Assembly: GCF_024298765.1 (NCBI RefSeq) | Contig: NZ_CP101210.1 | Length of the DNA stretch: 64,000 nucleotides | DNA from: Escherichia coli | GTDB taxonomy: Bacteria; Pseudomonadota; Gammaproteobacteria; Enterobacterales; Enterobacteriaceae | Direction: 5' to 3' (one strand) | In this document: piece by piece, positions 26,113 to 40,099 of the stretch | Layout of the letters: each line of letters begins with the position of its first letter | Position numbering within the stretch: the stretch's first letter is position 1 | The notes under the pieces: generated by a model | Told to the model about the DNA's origin: nothing | What the model saw: the letters and a program-made list of their open reading frames with translations, nothing else | The model's database searches: none | Position numbers and translations under genes: made by a program

Positions 26113-26517
26113 TTATTGACCGAGCGTAAGGGTTTTCAGCATCATGCTTTTCACCGTGTTGAGCACTTCAACATTGGCCTGATAGCTGCGTGACGCCGAC
26201 ATGGTGTTAACCATCTCTCCGACGACATCAACGTTTGGCATTTTCACGTAGCCCTTTGCATCCGCCAGCGGATTACCCGGTTCATAAACCAGTTTGTCCG
26301 GGGCCTGACTTTCTATAACATCGGCAACCTTTACGCCGCCTGTCGCAGCACCTGGCGCAGCGTTAACCTGAAATACCACCTGTTTTGCCCGATATGGCTG
26401 TCCATCGGGACCGGTCACGCTATCAGCATTCGCCAGATTACTGGCCGCCACGTTCAGGCGCTGGGACTGAGCAGTTAACGCCGACCCGGCGATATCAAAA
26501 ATATTCAGCAGTGCCAT
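26113..26517 (-). CDS. flgC: flagellar proximal rod protein
   Basis: 134 aa. Confidence 0.95.
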
Positions 26518-26520
26518 CCG

Positions 26521-26937
26521 TTAATTTCCGCTCTGTAAAACGTTCATCATGCCTTTGATTTGCCCGCTCAACGCGCTAAGGCTCATCTGGTATTGCAGGC
26601 TGTTATCGGCAAACTGGGTGCGTTCGCGATCCATATCGACAGTATTACCATCCAGCGAGGGCTGGTCCGGAATACGGTATTGCAGTTCTGCGGTAGGAGG
26701 CGTCAGCGCCTGCGCCGGAATGTGTTGCGTTGAGGTCATCGTCAGTGCAACCACGCTTGTTGCATCCCGTCCACGTTGCATGACTTTTTTAAGTTCACTG
26801 GCAAAATCGATATCGCGCGCCTGATAACCAGGGGTATCGGCATTGGCGATGTTTGCTGCCAGCACTTCCTGACGCTGGGCGCGCAGATTGAGCGCCTCTT
26901 GTTGAAAACGTAAGGCGGCGTCGAGCTTATCGAGCAT
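26521..26937 (-). CDS. flgB: flagellar proximal rod protein
   Basis: 138 aa. Confidence 0.95.
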
Positions 26938-27092
26938 ATCTCCTCCGCAGGTATCAAAATTCGGCCATCAGCTTAAATGCCTTTACGCGCGCGTTATCGG
27001 CGGAATAAACGCAAAATGGGTCGCTATTTATGCCGTTGATGGTCATTGCGGACAGGTACAATTCACGTTGTAGAAATGGCTGGGGGGCGAAA
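26938..27092. promoter_or_regulatory. divergent flgB / flgA promoter region (class 2 flagellar promoters expected)
   Basis: Short spacer between divergent flgB and flgA; individual FlhDC sites not resolved. Confidence 0.5.
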
Positions 27093-27752
27093 ATGCTGGC
27101 AATAAAACGTAGCGTGGCGATCATCGCGATACTGTTCAGTCCGTTAAGTGCGGCGAGCAATCTCACATCGCAATTGCACACCTTTTTTAGCGCCCAGCTC
27201 GCGGGGGTAAGTGATGAGGTTCGTGTTTCTATTCGTACAGCGCCCAATCTACTACCGCCGTGCGAGCAGCCATTGCTTTCGATGAGCAATAATTCCCGCC
27301 TGTGGGGCAATGTGAATGTGTTGGCACGCTGCGGTAACGACAAACGATATTTACAGGTTAATGTGCAGGCCACAGGAAATTATGTGGTTGCCGCAATGCC
27401 CATTGTGCGGGGAGGAAAGCTGGAAGCTGGCAATGTCAAACTGAAACGCGGACGGCTGGACACCTTGCCACCGCGTACGGTGCTGGATATCAATCAACTT
27501 GTTGATGCCGTTAGCCTGCGCGATCTATCACCCGATCAACCTATCCAGTTAACCCAGTTTCGCCAGGCATGGCGGGTAAAAGCGGGACAACGCGTCAACG
27601 TGATCGCCAGCGGTGATGGGTTTAGCGCCAACGCAGAAGGTCAGGCGCTGAACAATGCTGCCGTCGCACAGAATGCGCGGGTGCGCATGGTATCGGGACA
27701 AGTGGTCAGCGGCGTTGTTGATGCAGATGGGAATATTCTTATAAACCTGTAA
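27093..27752 (+). CDS. flgA: flagellar P-ring assembly chaperone
   Basis: 219 aa from MLAIKRSVAIIAILFSPLSAAS; track ORF trimmed. Confidence 0.88.
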   Translation: MLAIKRSVAIIAILFSPLSAASNLTSQLHTFFSAQLAGVSDEVRVSIRTAPNLLPPCEQPLLSMSNNSRLWGNVNVLARCGNDKRYLQVNVQATGNYVVAAMPIVRGGKLEAGNVKLKRGRLDTLPPRTVLDINQLVDAVSLRDLSPDQPIQLTQFRQAWRVKAGQRVNVIASGDGFSANAEGQALNNAAVAQNARVRMVSGQVVSGVVDADGNILINL

Positions 27753-27757
27753 GCTGT

Positions 27758-27784
27758 TAAAGATTACCCGTCCCTTGCCGATAA
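27758..27784 (+). promoter_or_regulatory. sigma28 (FliA) class 3 promoter for flgMN
   Basis: TAAAGATT-11 bp-GCCGATAA, ~45 bp upstream of the flgM ATG. Confidence 0.8.
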
Positions 27785-27827
27785 ATAAGCAACACATGAT
27801 AAAAGCGCCCTCAATGAGGAATAAACC

Positions 27828-28121
27828 ATGAGTATTGATCGCACTTCGCCTCTGAAGCCCGTAAGCACCGTTCAACCGCGCGAAACCACTGACGCGCCGG
27901 TAACGAACACCCGGGCGGCAAAAACAACCGCCTCCACCAGCACCAGTGTGACGTTAAGCGACGCGCAAGCAAAACTGATGCAACCCGGCAGCAGTGATAT
28001 CAATCTTGAACGTGTCGAAGCGTTAAAACTAGCGATTCGTAACGGTGAACTAAAAATGGACACCGGCAAAATTGCCGATGCGCTGATCAACGAAGCGCAG
28101 CAAGACTTGCAGAGTAACTGA
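27828..28121 (+). CDS. flgM: anti-sigma-28 factor
   Basis: 97 aa [22 protein letters not shown]. Confidence 0.95.
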   Translation: MSIDRTSPLKPVSTVQPRETTDAPVTNTRAAKTTASTSTSVTLSDAQAKLMQPGSSDINLERVEALKLAIRNGELKMDTGKIADALINEAQQDLQSN

Positions 28122-28125
28122 TCGT

Positions 28126-28542
28126 ATGACGCGTCTTGCAGAGATCCTCGACCAGATGTCCGCTGTGCTTAACGATCTCAAAACGGTAATGGATCAAGAG
28201 CAGCAACATCTCTCTATGGGGCAGATCAACGGCAGCCAGTTGCAATGGATTACAGAACAAAAAAGCTCTCTGCTGGCGACGCTGGATTACCTCGAACAGT
28301 TACGCAGGAAAGAACCCAATGCAGCAAATAGCGTTGATATTAGTCAACGCTGGCAGGAAATTACTGTGAAAACGCAGCAACTACGCCAAATGAATCAACA
28401 TAACGGCTGGTTACTGGAAGGACAGATTGAGCGCAATCAACAGGCGCTGGAAATGTTGAAACCGCATCAGGAACCGACGCTATATGGAGCGAACGGTCAG
28501 ACCTCAACAACCCATCGCGGCAGTAAAAAGATTTCGATCTGA
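28126..28542 (+). CDS. flgN: flagellar export chaperone for FlgK/FlgL
   Basis: 138 aa. Confidence 0.93.
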   Translation: MTRLAEILDQMSAVLNDLKTVMDQEQQHLSMGQINGSQLQWITEQKSSLLATLDYLEQLRRKEPNAANSVDISQRWQEITVKTQQLRQMNQHNGWLLEGQIERNQQALEMLKPHQEPTLYGANGQTSTTHRGSKKISI

Positions 28543-28551
28543 AGATTATCT

Positions 28552-28572
28552 CCGGCCTGCACTGCAGGCCGG
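28552..28572. terminator. bidirectional hairpin terminator between flgN and murJ
   Basis: CCGGCCTGCA-c-TGCAGGCCGG with flanking T/A runs. Confidence 0.7.
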
Positions 28573-28581
28573 AATGCCTTT

Positions 28582-30204
<1,623 letters not shown>

Positions 30205-30226
30205 CTACCGCCAGATGTTACAGGGT

Positions 30227-31150
30227 TTATTCACTCATCGCATCGCGCCAGATCTTGTCAACGATACGTTGCGCCCGCACTGCCTGTTCGCCGGCGGTTT
30301 GCGGAACTGTCTGATTTTGCACGCATTCAATGAAGTGCCGCGCACAGCCGACAAATCCACGTTGCTCAAGCGTACTCTGCCAACCAGGAATCGGTTTATG
30401 CACTACGCCCTGCCCGCGCTCCTCACGCCATTCGCGCATATCCGTAATGTCGATGAGCGCACCGTCAGTCACGGCCTGCACGGTTTCACGCTGGCTTCCG
30501 GCACGGCGATGCATACAGGTGGTGATCTGCAAAGGACCGGCCGAAAAATGGTGCTCGGCAAACAGCATTTCGCCAGCGTCGTTAGTCAGTAGCGTACCGC
30601 CATCCAGAGAGGCTTTGCCGCCCGACAACCACAGCGCGGTATCCACCACATGCAGATAATCATCCAGCAACGTGAAATAAAGATCGTGTGGCCCGACGCT
30701 ATTGCTACGATGTTTATCCATTCTTAGCGAGGCTGCGGTGGCGAGTTGCGTTTTTAACTCTCCGTAGAGTGGTGCGAAACGACGGTTAAAACCGACCATC
30801 AACGTCAGTTTTTTCCGCGCCGCCAGTTCCACCAACCGTTCAGCATCGCGCAGATTTTCTGCCAGCGGTTTATCGACACAGACATGTACCCCCGCATTGA
30901 GTAACGTACTGACCACGTCAAAGTGGCTGGCGGTGCTGGAATGCACAAAAACCGCATCGCAACTGGCGGCAAGGCTGGATAACGAATCGGCATAAGGAAT
31001 GCGCCAGCTTTCACAAATTGGCAGGGCTTTCGCGCGCGTAGGCGACCAGGCTCCTTGTAACATCCAGTCAGACGCTGCCGCCAGCACCGGTAACCACGCT
31101 TTTTGCGCAATGCCGCCTAATCCCACTACGCCGATACGTAATTTTTTCAC
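30227..31150 (-). CDS. yceM: Gfo/Idh/MocA-family oxidoreductase
   Basis: 307 aa from a GTG start (M)KKLRIGVVGLGGIAQKAW, Rossmann motif. Confidence 0.85.
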   Translation of the reverse strand: MKKLRIGVVGLGGIAQKAWLPVLAAASDWMLQGAWSPTRAKALPICESWRIPYADSLSSLAASCDAVFVHSSTASHFDVVSTLLNAGVHVCVDKPLAENLRDAERLVELAARKKLTLMVGFNRRFAPLYGELKTQLATAASLRMDKHRSNSVGPHDLYFTLLDDYLHVVDTALWLSGGKASLDGGTLLTNDAGEMLFAEHHFSAGPLQITTCMHRRAGSQRETVQAVTDGALIDITDMREWREERGQGVVHKPIPGWQSTLEQRGFVGCARHFIECVQNQTVPQTAGEQAVRAQRIVDKIWRDAMSE

Positions 31151-31151
31151 T

Positions 31152-32394
<1,243 letters not shown>

Positions 32395-32629
32395 TCTATA
32401 CCTACTCCTTCCCGTAACGTCTTTAATACGCTGTAAGTATTACTATACCTGCGCAACCAGACCCTGTGAAAAGTCCAGAATGTCATTTTCTGCATTATTC
32501 ACATATTTGATAAAAACTCTCTATCAAAGCGACGTTTTGATAAAAAAATATTGTCCCCGAAGTGATGGGAAAAGTCTTAGCGGCAATGCAGAATAGAAAG
32601 TGCTCATCTTTTATTTCCCGGGAGGGGAA

Positions 32630-33838
32630 ATGTCCCGCGTATCGCAGGCGAGGAACCTGGGTAAATATTTCCTGCTCATCGATAATATGCTGGTCGTGCT
32701 GGGGTTCTTTGTTGTCTTCCCGCTGATCTCTATCCGCTTCGTTGATCAAATGGGCTGGGCCGCCGTCATGGTCGGTATTGCCCTCGGCCTACGCCAGTTT
32801 ATTCAGCAAGGTCTGGGTATTTTCGGCGGAGCAATTGCCGACCGCTTTGGTGCCAAACCGATGATTGTTACCGGTATGCTGATGCGTGCCGCCGGATTCG
32901 CCACAATGGGTATCGCCCACGAACCGTGGCTATTGTGGTTTTCATGCCTGCTTTCGGGACTCGGCGGCACGTTGTTTGATCCTCCGCGTTCGGCGCTGGT
33001 GGTGAAATTAATCCGTCCACAGCAGCGTGGTCGTTTTTTCTCGCTGTTGATGATGCAGGACAGTGCCGGTGCGGTCATTGGCGCATTGTTGGGGAGCTGG
33101 CTGTTGCAATACGACTTTCGCCTGGTCTGCGCCACAGGGGCAGTTTTGTTTGTGCTGTGTGCAGCGTTCAATGCGTGGTTGTTACCGGCATGGAAACTCT
33201 CCACCGTACGCACGCCCGTTCGCGAAGGCATGACCCGCGTGATGCGCGACAAGCGTTTTGTCACCTATGTACTGACGCTGGCGGGTTACTACATGCTGGC
33301 TGTACAAGTGATGCTGATGCTGCCAATTATGGTCAACGACGTGGCGGGCGCGCCCTCTGCCGTTAAATGGATGTATGCCATTGAAGCGTGTCTGTCGTTA
33401 ACGTTGCTCTACCCTATCGCCCGCTGGAGTGAAAAGCATTTTCGTCTGGAACACCGGTTGATGGCTGGGCTATTGATAATGTCATTAAGCATGATGCCGG
33501 TGGGCATGGTCAGCGGTCTGCAACAACTTTTCACCCTGATTTGTCTGTTTTATATCGGGTCAATCATTGCCGAGCCTGCGCGTGAAACCTTAAGTGCTTC
33601 GCTGGCGGACGCAAGAGCTCGCGGCAGCTATATGGGGTTTAGCCGTCTGGGTCTGGCGATTGGCGGCGCTATTGGTTACATCGGTGGCGGCTGGCTGTTT
33701 GACCTGGGCAAATCGGCGCACCAGCCAGAGCTTCCGTGGATGATGCTGGGCATTATTGGCACCTTCACTTTCCTTGCGCTGGGTTGGCAGTTTAGCCAGA
33801 AACGCGCCGCGCGTCGTTTGCTTGAACGCGACGCCTGA
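32630..33838 (+). CDS. mdtH: MFS multidrug efflux transporter
   Basis: 402 aa from [21 protein letters not shown]; track ORF trimmed. Confidence 0.9.
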   Translation: MSRVSQARNLGKYFLLIDNMLVVLGFFVVFPLISIRFVDQMGWAAVMVGIALGLRQFIQQGLGIFGGAIADRFGAKPMIVTGMLMRAAGFATMGIAHEPWLLWFSCLLSGLGGTLFDPPRSALVVKLIRPQQRGRFFSLLMMQDSAGAVIGALLGSWLLQYDFRLVCATGAVLFVLCAAFNAWLLPAWKLSTVRTPVREGMTRVMRDKRFVTYVLTLAGYYMLAVQVMLMLPIMVNDVAGAPSAVKWMYAIEACLSLTLLYPIARWSEKHFRLEHRLMAGLLIMSLSMMPVGMVSGLQQLFTLICLFYIGSIIAEPARETLSASLADARARGSYMGFSRLGLAIGGAIGYIGGGWLFDLGKSAHQPELPWMMLGIIGTFTFLALGWQFSQKRAARRLLERDA

Positions 33839-33901
33839 TTTGATACTCCCCCCTGACTCCTCCATACTGAAAGTGAACTGACAGCCAAATGGAGGAGTCA
33901 C

Positions 33902-34549
33902 GTGAAGCTATACATTTACGATCACTGCCCTTACTGCCTCAAAGCCCGCATGATTTTCGGCCTGAAAAATATCCCCGTCGAATTACATGTTCTGCTCAAC
34001 GACGACGCAGAAACACCCACCCGGATGGTCGGTCAAAAACAGGTTCCCATTCTGCAAAAAGATGACAGCCGCTATATGCCAGAAAGCATGGACATCGTTC
34101 ACTATGTCGATAAACTCGACGGCAAACCGTTACTGACCGGCAAACGTTCCCCTGCCATTGAAGAGTGGCTGCGCAAGGTCAATGGCTACGCCAACAAACT
34201 GCTGTTGCCGCGTTTTGCCAAATCGGCATTTGATGAGTTTTCTACTCCTGCCGCGCGCAAATATTTCGTCGACAAGAAAGAGGCCAGCGCGGGTAATTTT
34301 GCCGACCTGCTGGCCCACTCTGACGGTCTGATTAAGAATATCAGCGATGATTTACGTGCGCTGGACAAACTGATCGTCAAACCGAACGCCGTGAATGGCG
34401 AACTTTCGGAAGATGATATTCAGCTATTTCCGCTGCTGCGTAATCTGACGCTGGTAGCCGGAATTAACTGGCCAAGCCGCGTTGCTGATTACCGCGATAA
34501 TATGGCGAAACAGACACAAATCAATTTGTTATCATCAATGGCGATTTAA
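33902..34549 (+). CDS. grxB: glutaredoxin 2
   Basis: 215 aa (GTG start) MKLYIYDHCPYCLKARM with CPYC active site. Confidence 0.93.
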   Translation: MKLYIYDHCPYCLKARMIFGLKNIPVELHVLLNDDAETPTRMVGQKQVPILQKDDSRYMPESMDIVHYVDKLDGKPLLTGKRSPAIEEWLRKVNGYANKLLLPRFAKSAFDEFSTPAARKYFVDKKEASAGNFADLLAHSDGLIKNISDDLRALDKLIVKPNAVNGELSEDDIQLFPLLRNLTLVAGINWPSRVADYRDNMAKQTQINLLSSMAI

Positions 34550-34682
34550 TCCTGACCCGCCGCGGCAGCCTGTATTCGCGGGTTGCCGCCGTTTTCAGTT
34601 TTTTCTGCTGGCGCGTTTATCGCTGGTGACACATGCTGCGTTGTGTCAGGATATTGACGCAGATTTCATGTCGAGGACTACC

Positions 34683-35243
34683 ATGAACAAGTTTTTATTT
34701 GCCGCTGCATTGATCGTCAGTGGCCTGCTCGTTGGCTGTAATCAACTCACCCAATACACCATCACCGAACAAGAAATTAACCAGTCGCTTGCGAAACATA
34801 ATAATTTCTCAAAAGATATCGGTTTACCCGGCGTGGCTGACGCCCATATTGTTCTGACAAACCTGACCAGCCAAATTGGTCGCGAAGAGCCGAATAAGGT
34901 TACCCTAACCGGAGACGCCAATCTGGACATGAACTCCCTGTTCGGTAGCCAGAAAGCGACCATGAAACTGAAGCTGAAAGCGCTGCCCGTGTTTGATAAA
35001 GAAAAAGGCGCTATCTTCCTGAAAGAGATGGAAGTGGTCGATGCGACGGTACAACCGGAAAAAATGCAAACGGTGATGCAAACGTTGCTTCCCTATTTAA
35101 ACCAGGCATTACGCAATTACTTTAACCAGCAACCTGCTTACGTCCTGCGCGAAGATGGCAGCCAGGGCGAAGCAATGGCGAAGAAACTGGCGAAAGGCAT
35201 TGAAGTGAAGCCAGGCGAAATTGTCATTCCGTTTACTGATTAA
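34683..35243 (+). CDS. yceB: lipoprotein YceB (DUF1439)
   Basis: 186 aa from MNKFLFAAALIVSGLLVGC lipobox; track ORF trimmed. Confidence 0.85.
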   Translation: MNKFLFAAALIVSGLLVGCNQLTQYTITEQEINQSLAKHNNFSKDIGLPGVADAHIVLTNLTSQIGREEPNKVTLTGDANLDMNSLFGSQKATMKLKLKALPVFDKEKGAIFLKEMEVVDATVQPEKMQTVMQTLLPYLNQALRNYFNQQPAYVLREDGSQGEAMAKKLAKGIEVKPGEIVIPFTD

Positions 35244-35348
35244 TCACGAGGGCGCATTCGCGCCCTTTATTTTTCGTGCAAAGGAAAACGTTTCCGCTTA
35301 TCCTTTGTGTCCGGCAAAAACATCCCTTCAGCCGGAGCATAGAGATTA

Positions 35349-36395
35349 ATGACTGCACCATCCCAGGTATTAAAGATCCGCCGCCCAGACGACTGGCACC
35401 TTCACCTCCGCGATGGCGACATGTTAAAAACTGTCGTGCCGTATACCAGCGAAATTTATGGACGGGCTATCGTAATGCCCAATCTGGCTCCGCCCGTGAC
35501 CACCGTTGAGGCTGCCGTGGCGTATCGCCAGCGCATTCTTGACGCCGTACCTGCCGGGCATGATTTCACCCCATTGATGACCTGTTATTTAACAGATTCG
35601 CTGGATCCTAATGAGCTGGAGCGCGGATTTAACGAAGGCGTGTTCACCGCTGCAAAACTTTACCCGGCAAACGCAACCACTAACTCCAGTCACGGCGTGA
35701 CGTCAGTTGACGCAATCATGCCGGTATTAGAGCGCATGGAAAAAATCGGTATGCCGCTACTGGTGCATGGTGAAGTGACACATGCAGATATCGACATTTT
35801 TGATCGTGAAGCGCGCTTTATAGAAAGCGTGATGGAACCGCTACGCCAGCGTCTGACTGCGCTGAAAGTCGTTTTTGAGCACATCACCACCAAAGACGCT
35901 GCCGACTATGTCCGTGACGGAAATGAACGGCTGGCTGCCACCATCACTCCGCAGCATCTGATGTTTAACCGCAACCATATGCTGGTTGGTGGCGTGCGTC
36001 CGCACCTGTATTGTCTACCCATCCTCAAACGCAATATCCACCAACAGGCATTGCGTGAACTGGTCGCCAGCGGTTTTAATCGCGTATTCCTCGGTACGGA
36101 TTCTGCGCCGCATGCACGTCATCGCAAAGAGAGCAGCTGCGGCTGCGCGGGCTGCTTCAACGCCCCAACCGCGCTGGGCAGTTACGCTACCGTCTTTGAA
36201 GAGATGAATGCTCTGCAGCACTTTGAAGCATTCTGTTCTGTAAACGGCCCACAGTTCTATGGCTTGCCGGTCAACGACACATTCATCGAACTGGTCCGCA
36301 AAGAGCAACAGGTTGCTGAAAGCATCGCATTGACTGATGACACGCTGGTGCCATTCCTCGCCGGGGAAACGGTACGCTGGTCCGTTAAACAATAA
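35349..36395 (+). CDS. pyrC: dihydroorotase
   Basis: 348 aa with the metal-binding DWHLHLRD motif. Confidence 0.95.
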   Translation: MTAPSQVLKIRRPDDWHLHLRDGDMLKTVVPYTSEIYGRAIVMPNLAPPVTTVEAAVAYRQRILDAVPAGHDFTPLMTCYLTDSLDPNELERGFNEGVFTAAKLYPANATTNSSHGVTSVDAIMPVLERMEKIGMPLLVHGEVTHADIDIFDREARFIESVMEPLRQRLTALKVVFEHITTKDAADYVRDGNERLAATITPQHLMFNRNHMLVGGVRPHLYCLPILKRNIHQQALRELVASGFNRVFLGTDSAPHARHRKESSCGCAGCFNAPTALGSYATVFEEMNALQHFEAFCSVNGPQFYGLPVNDTFIELVRKEQQVAESIALTDDTLVPFLAGETVRWSVKQ

Positions 36396-36431
36396 AAATC
36401 GTAGCTTCCTGTTGTCATTAGGTTATTTTAA

Positions 36432-36447
36432 CTGTATAAATAACCAG
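36432..36447 (+). promoter_or_regulatory. LexA (SOS) box upstream of dinI
   Basis: CTGTATAAATAACCAG (CTG-N10-CAG), ~22 bp upstream of the dinI ATG. Confidence 0.8.
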
Positions 36448-36468
36448 TATATTCAACAGGGGGCTATT

Positions 36469-36714
36469 ATGCGAATTGAAGTCACCATAGCGAAAACTTC
36501 TCCATTGCCAGCTGGGGCTATTGACGCCCTGGCTGGCGAACTTTCCCGCCGTATTCAGTATGCGTTTCCTGATAATGAAGGCCACGTATCGGTACGTTAT
36601 GCCGCAGCGAATAATTTATCGGTTATTGGCGCGACAAAAGAAGATAAACAGCGCATTAGCGAAATTCTCCAGGAAACGTGGGAAAGCGCCGATGACTGGT
36701 TTGTCAGCGAATAA
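36469..36714 (+). CDS. dinI: DNA damage-inducible protein I
   Basis: 81 aa MRIEVTIAKTSPLPAGAIDALAGELSRRIQYAFPDNEG; track ORF trimmed. Confidence 0.92.
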   Translation: MRIEVTIAKTSPLPAGAIDALAGELSRRIQYAFPDNEGHVSVRYAAANNLSVIGATKEDKQRISEILQETWESADDWFVSE

Positions 36715-36735
36715 TATGCAGTGATTTTTGTTTTT

Positions 36736-36757
36736 GCCGGGTCGCCCCGGCTTTTTT
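36736..36757 (+). terminator. dinI Rho-independent terminator
   Basis: GCCGGG-tcgc-CCCGGC followed by TTTTTT. Confidence 0.75.
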
Positions 36758-37003
36758 ATTTTACTTGCGAATTGTGAGTACAAAATTTCTACACTTCCTC
36801 AAAATAATTGCACAATATGCTAAAAAAATATGAATGACATGCTGTTTTATTGTTCATATAAATCTTAAAAGCAAAAATTTATCTGTTCCCCCCTTTAAAA
36901 ATTCGGTGAATACCCTTACTTATTGGTATACTGAAGTTGCTTCAGATAAAAACGCATTGAACCTCGAATAACGTTGTCTAGTAACACGAATTAGGGGGCC
37001 ATG

Positions 37004-37258
37004 ATGGAAAAAAATAATGAAGTCATTCAGACTCATCCGCTCGTAGGGTGGGACATCAGCACCGTTGATAGCTATGATGCGCTGATGTTGCGTTTGCACT
37101 ACCAGACCCCAAATAAGTCCGAGCAGGAAGGGACTGAAGTTGGTCAGACGCTCTGGTTAACCACTGATGTTGCCAGACAATTTATTTCGATATTAGAAGC
37201 AGGAATCGCCAAAATTGAATCCGGTGATTTCCCGGTAAACGAGTATCGGCGTCATTAA
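37004..37258 (+). CDS. bssS: biofilm regulator BssS
   Basis: 84 aa MEKNNEVIQTHPLVGWDIST. Confidence 0.88.
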   Translation: MEKNNEVIQTHPLVGWDISTVDSYDALMLRLHYQTPNKSEQEGTEVGQTLWLTTDVARQFISILEAGIAKIESGDFPVNEYRRH

Positions 37259-37372
37259 CATGACATGACCATCCACCCAAAAGGCACCTCACCGGTGCCT
37301 TTACCATTTCTGGGTTGTATATCTGCATTCAGTTAATTACTCTGCTTAAACCATGAGAGCAGAGAGAAAAAA

Positions 37373-38491
37373 ATGAAATACGATCTCATCATTATTGGCA
37401 GCGGTTCCGTAGGCGCTGCCGCCGGGTATTATGCAACCCGTGCCGGTTTAAACGTGCTAATGACCGACGCCCATATGCCACCGCATCAACACGGCAGCCA
37501 CCACGGCGATACGCGATTAATTCGCCATGCTTATGGTGAAGGCGAAAAGTATGTCCCGCTGGTTCTCCGCGCGCAAACGCTGTGGGATGAACTCTCCCGC
37601 CACAACGAAGAAGATCCCATTTTTGTACGCTCTGGCGTCATTAACCTTGGCCCGGCTGATTCCACATTTCTCGCCAACGTCGCCCACAGCGCCGAACAAT
37701 GGCAACTCAACGTTGAAAAGCTCGATGCGCAAGGGATTATGGCCCGCTGGCCAGAAATACGCGTCCCGGACAACTACATCGGCTTATTTGAGACTGATTC
37801 CGGCTTTTTACGCAGCGAACTGGCGATTAAAACCTGGATCCAACTGGCGAAGGAAGCGGGCTGTGCGCAGCTGTTCAACTGCCCGGTCACCGCAATTCGT
37901 CATGACGATGATGGCGTAACTATTGAAACGGCTGACGGTGAGTATCAGGCGAAAAAAGCGATTGTCTGCGCGGGAACATGGGTAAAAGACCTGCTCCCGG
38001 AGTTGCCTGTCCAGCCCGTACGCAAAGTATTTGCCTGGTATCAGGCCGATGGGCGCTATAGCGTGAAGAATAAATTCCCGGCGTTTACCGGTGAACTTCC
38101 CAATGGCGATCAATATTATGGTTTTCCGGCAGAAAACGACGCGTTGAAGATTGGCAAACATAACGGAGGCCAGGTTATCCATTCAGCGGATGAACGTGTT
38201 CCGTTTGCGGAAGTGGTCAGCGATGGTTCGGAAGCCTTCCCGTTCTTGCGCAATGTATTGCCGGGTATCGGTTGCTGCCTGTACGGCGCCGCCTGCACCT
38301 ATGATAATTCGCCTGACGAAGATTTTATTATCGATACCCTACCCGGCCACGATAATACACTGCTCATTACCGGCCTGAGTGGGCACGGTTTTAAATTTGC
38401 GTCAGTTTTAGGGGAAATAGCTGCCGATTTTGCGCAAGACAAAAAAAGCGATTTTGATTTGACGCCATTCAGGCTTTCCCGCTTCCAATAA
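37373..38491 (+). CDS. solA: N-methyl-L-tryptophan oxidase
   Basis: 372 aa with FAD motif [15 protein letters not shown]. Confidence 0.93.
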   Translation: MKYDLIIIGSGSVGAAAGYYATRAGLNVLMTDAHMPPHQHGSHHGDTRLIRHAYGEGEKYVPLVLRAQTLWDELSRHNEEDPIFVRSGVINLGPADSTFLANVAHSAEQWQLNVEKLDAQGIMARWPEIRVPDNYIGLFETDSGFLRSELAIKTWIQLAKEAGCAQLFNCPVTAIRHDDDGVTIETADGEYQAKKAIVCAGTWVKDLLPELPVQPVRKVFAWYQADGRYSVKNKFPAFTGELPNGDQYYGFPAENDALKIGKHNGGQVIHSADERVPFAEVVSDGSEAFPFLRNVLPGIGCCLYGAACTYDNSPDEDFIIDTLPGHDNTLLITGLSGHGFKFASVLGEIAADFAQDKKSDFDLTPFRLSRFQ

Positions 38492-38500
38492 TCATCATTA

Positions 38501-38525
38501 CGGCCTCCAGAATGAGGCCGTTTTT
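38501..38525 (+). terminator. solA terminator hairpin
   Basis: CGGCCTC-cagaat-GAGGCCG followed by TTTTTA. Confidence 0.65.
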
Positions 38526-38652
38526 ACAGGAGTATTTAATGCGTCGGCTGTTGCACTATCTCATCAATAATATTCGCGAGCATCTGATGCTTTATCTTTT
38601 TCTCTGGGGATTGTTGGCAATTATGGATCTGATCTATGTGTATTATTTTTAG
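38512..38652 (+). CDS. yceO: small membrane protein YceO (46 aa)
   Basis: [46 protein letters not shown]; below the track cut-off; start overlaps the solA terminator. Confidence 0.6.
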   Translation: MRPFLQEYLMRRLLHYLINNIREHLMLYLFLWGLLAIMDLIYVYYF

Positions 38653-38912
38653 TTTTCCGCACTGACATAAACTGACAAATATTTAATCCCCCTTTCATTT
38701 AGCGTGAAAAATTGAATGAGATTATTCCTGCTTCAACAGCACTCACCAGACATCTCTGATGCTGAACCCACTAAACTTATGAAGATTCTTTCATTATTAA
38801 TTCAAAATTATTGAAATAAAAATAAATATCATTCAAATTGTTATTTTTGTGTTGCAATTCATTCTCCGACACGCCATTTTCTTTCTCTCGCAAAGTCGTT
38901 TTGGATGCACTT

Positions 38913-39479
38913 ATGTCATTCACAAATACCCCTGAACGCTATGGTGTTATATCTGCGGCCTTCCATTGGCTAAGCGCAATTATTGTCTACGGCATGTTTG
39001 CTTTAGGTCTGTGGATGGTCACGCTCAGTTATTACGATGGCTGGTATCACCAGGCACCCGAACTGCATAAAAGCATCGGTATTTTGTTAATGATGGGGCT
39101 GGTTATTCGCGTTCTGTGGCGCGTCATATCTCCACCGCCGGGTCCGCTGCAGAGTTATTCGCCCATGACTCGTCTTGGCGCAAAGGCTGGACATCTCGCA
39201 TTGTACTTATTGCTGTTCGCCATCGGCATCAGCGGCTATCTGATCTCAACTGCCGATGGTAAACCGATCAGCGTTTTTGGCTGGTTTGACGTCCCCGCGA
39301 CCCTCGCCGACGCTGGCGCACAGGCTGACTTTGCCGGTGCCCTGCATTTTTGGCTCGCGTGGAGCGTCGTAGTACTGTCCGTTATGCACGGATTTATGGC
39401 CCTGAAGCATCATTTCATCGATAAAGACGACACTCTGAAGCGCATGCTGGGAAAGTCGTCATCTGACTATGGAGTATAA
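38913..39479 (+). CDS. yceJ: cytochrome b561-family protein
   Basis: 188 aa from MSFTNTPERYGVISAAFHWLSAIIVYGMF with conserved heme His residues; track ORF trimmed. Confidence 0.85.
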   Translation: MSFTNTPERYGVISAAFHWLSAIIVYGMFALGLWMVTLSYYDGWYHQAPELHKSIGILLMMGLVIRVLWRVISPPPGPLQSYSPMTRLGAKAGHLALYLLLFAIGISGYLISTADGKPISVFGWFDVPATLADAGAQADFAGALHFWLAWSVVVLSVMHGFMALKHHFIDKDDTLKRMLGKSSSDYGV

Positions 39480-39482
39480 AAA

Positions 39483-40058
39483 ATGAAAAAAAGCCTGCTT
39501 GGTTTAACCTTCGCTTCCCTGATGTTCTCTGCCGGTTCAGCGGTTGCCGCCGATTACAAAATTGACAAAGAAGGTCAGCACGCCTTTGTTAACTTCCGCA
39601 TACAGCACCTTGGCTATAGCTGGTTATACGGCACCTTTAAAGATTTCGACGGTACTTTTACCTTTGATGAAAAAAATCCAGCTGCCGATAAAGTGAATGT
39701 GACAATTAACACCACCAGCGTCGATACTAATCACGCCGAACGCGATAAACATCTTCGCAGTGCAGATTTCCTCAATACTGCAAAATATCCACAGGCAACA
39801 TTCACCTCCACCAGCGTGAAGAAAGACGGTGACGAACTGGATATTACCGGCGATCTGACGCTGAATGGCGTAACCAAACCCGTCACGCTGGAAGCGAAAT
39901 TAATTGGTCAGGGCGACGACCCATGGGGTGGTAAACGTGCAGGCTTCGAGGCCGAAGGCAAAATTAAGCTCAAGGACTTCAATATCAAAACAGATTTAGG
40001 TCCAGCTTCTCAGGAAGTGGATCTGATTATTTCAGTGGAAGGCGTACAGCAGAAGTAA
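39483..40058 (+). CDS. yceI: periplasmic YceI-family protein
   Basis: 191 aa with signal peptide. Confidence 0.9.
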
Positions 40059-40070
40059 GCGTGAAATGTT

Positions 40071-40091
40071 GCCGGATGGCACGCATCCGGC
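40071..40091. terminator. bidirectional hairpin between yceI and trhO
   Basis: GCCGGATG-gcacg-CATCCGGC. Confidence 0.65.
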
Positions 40092-40099
40092 AATGATAT

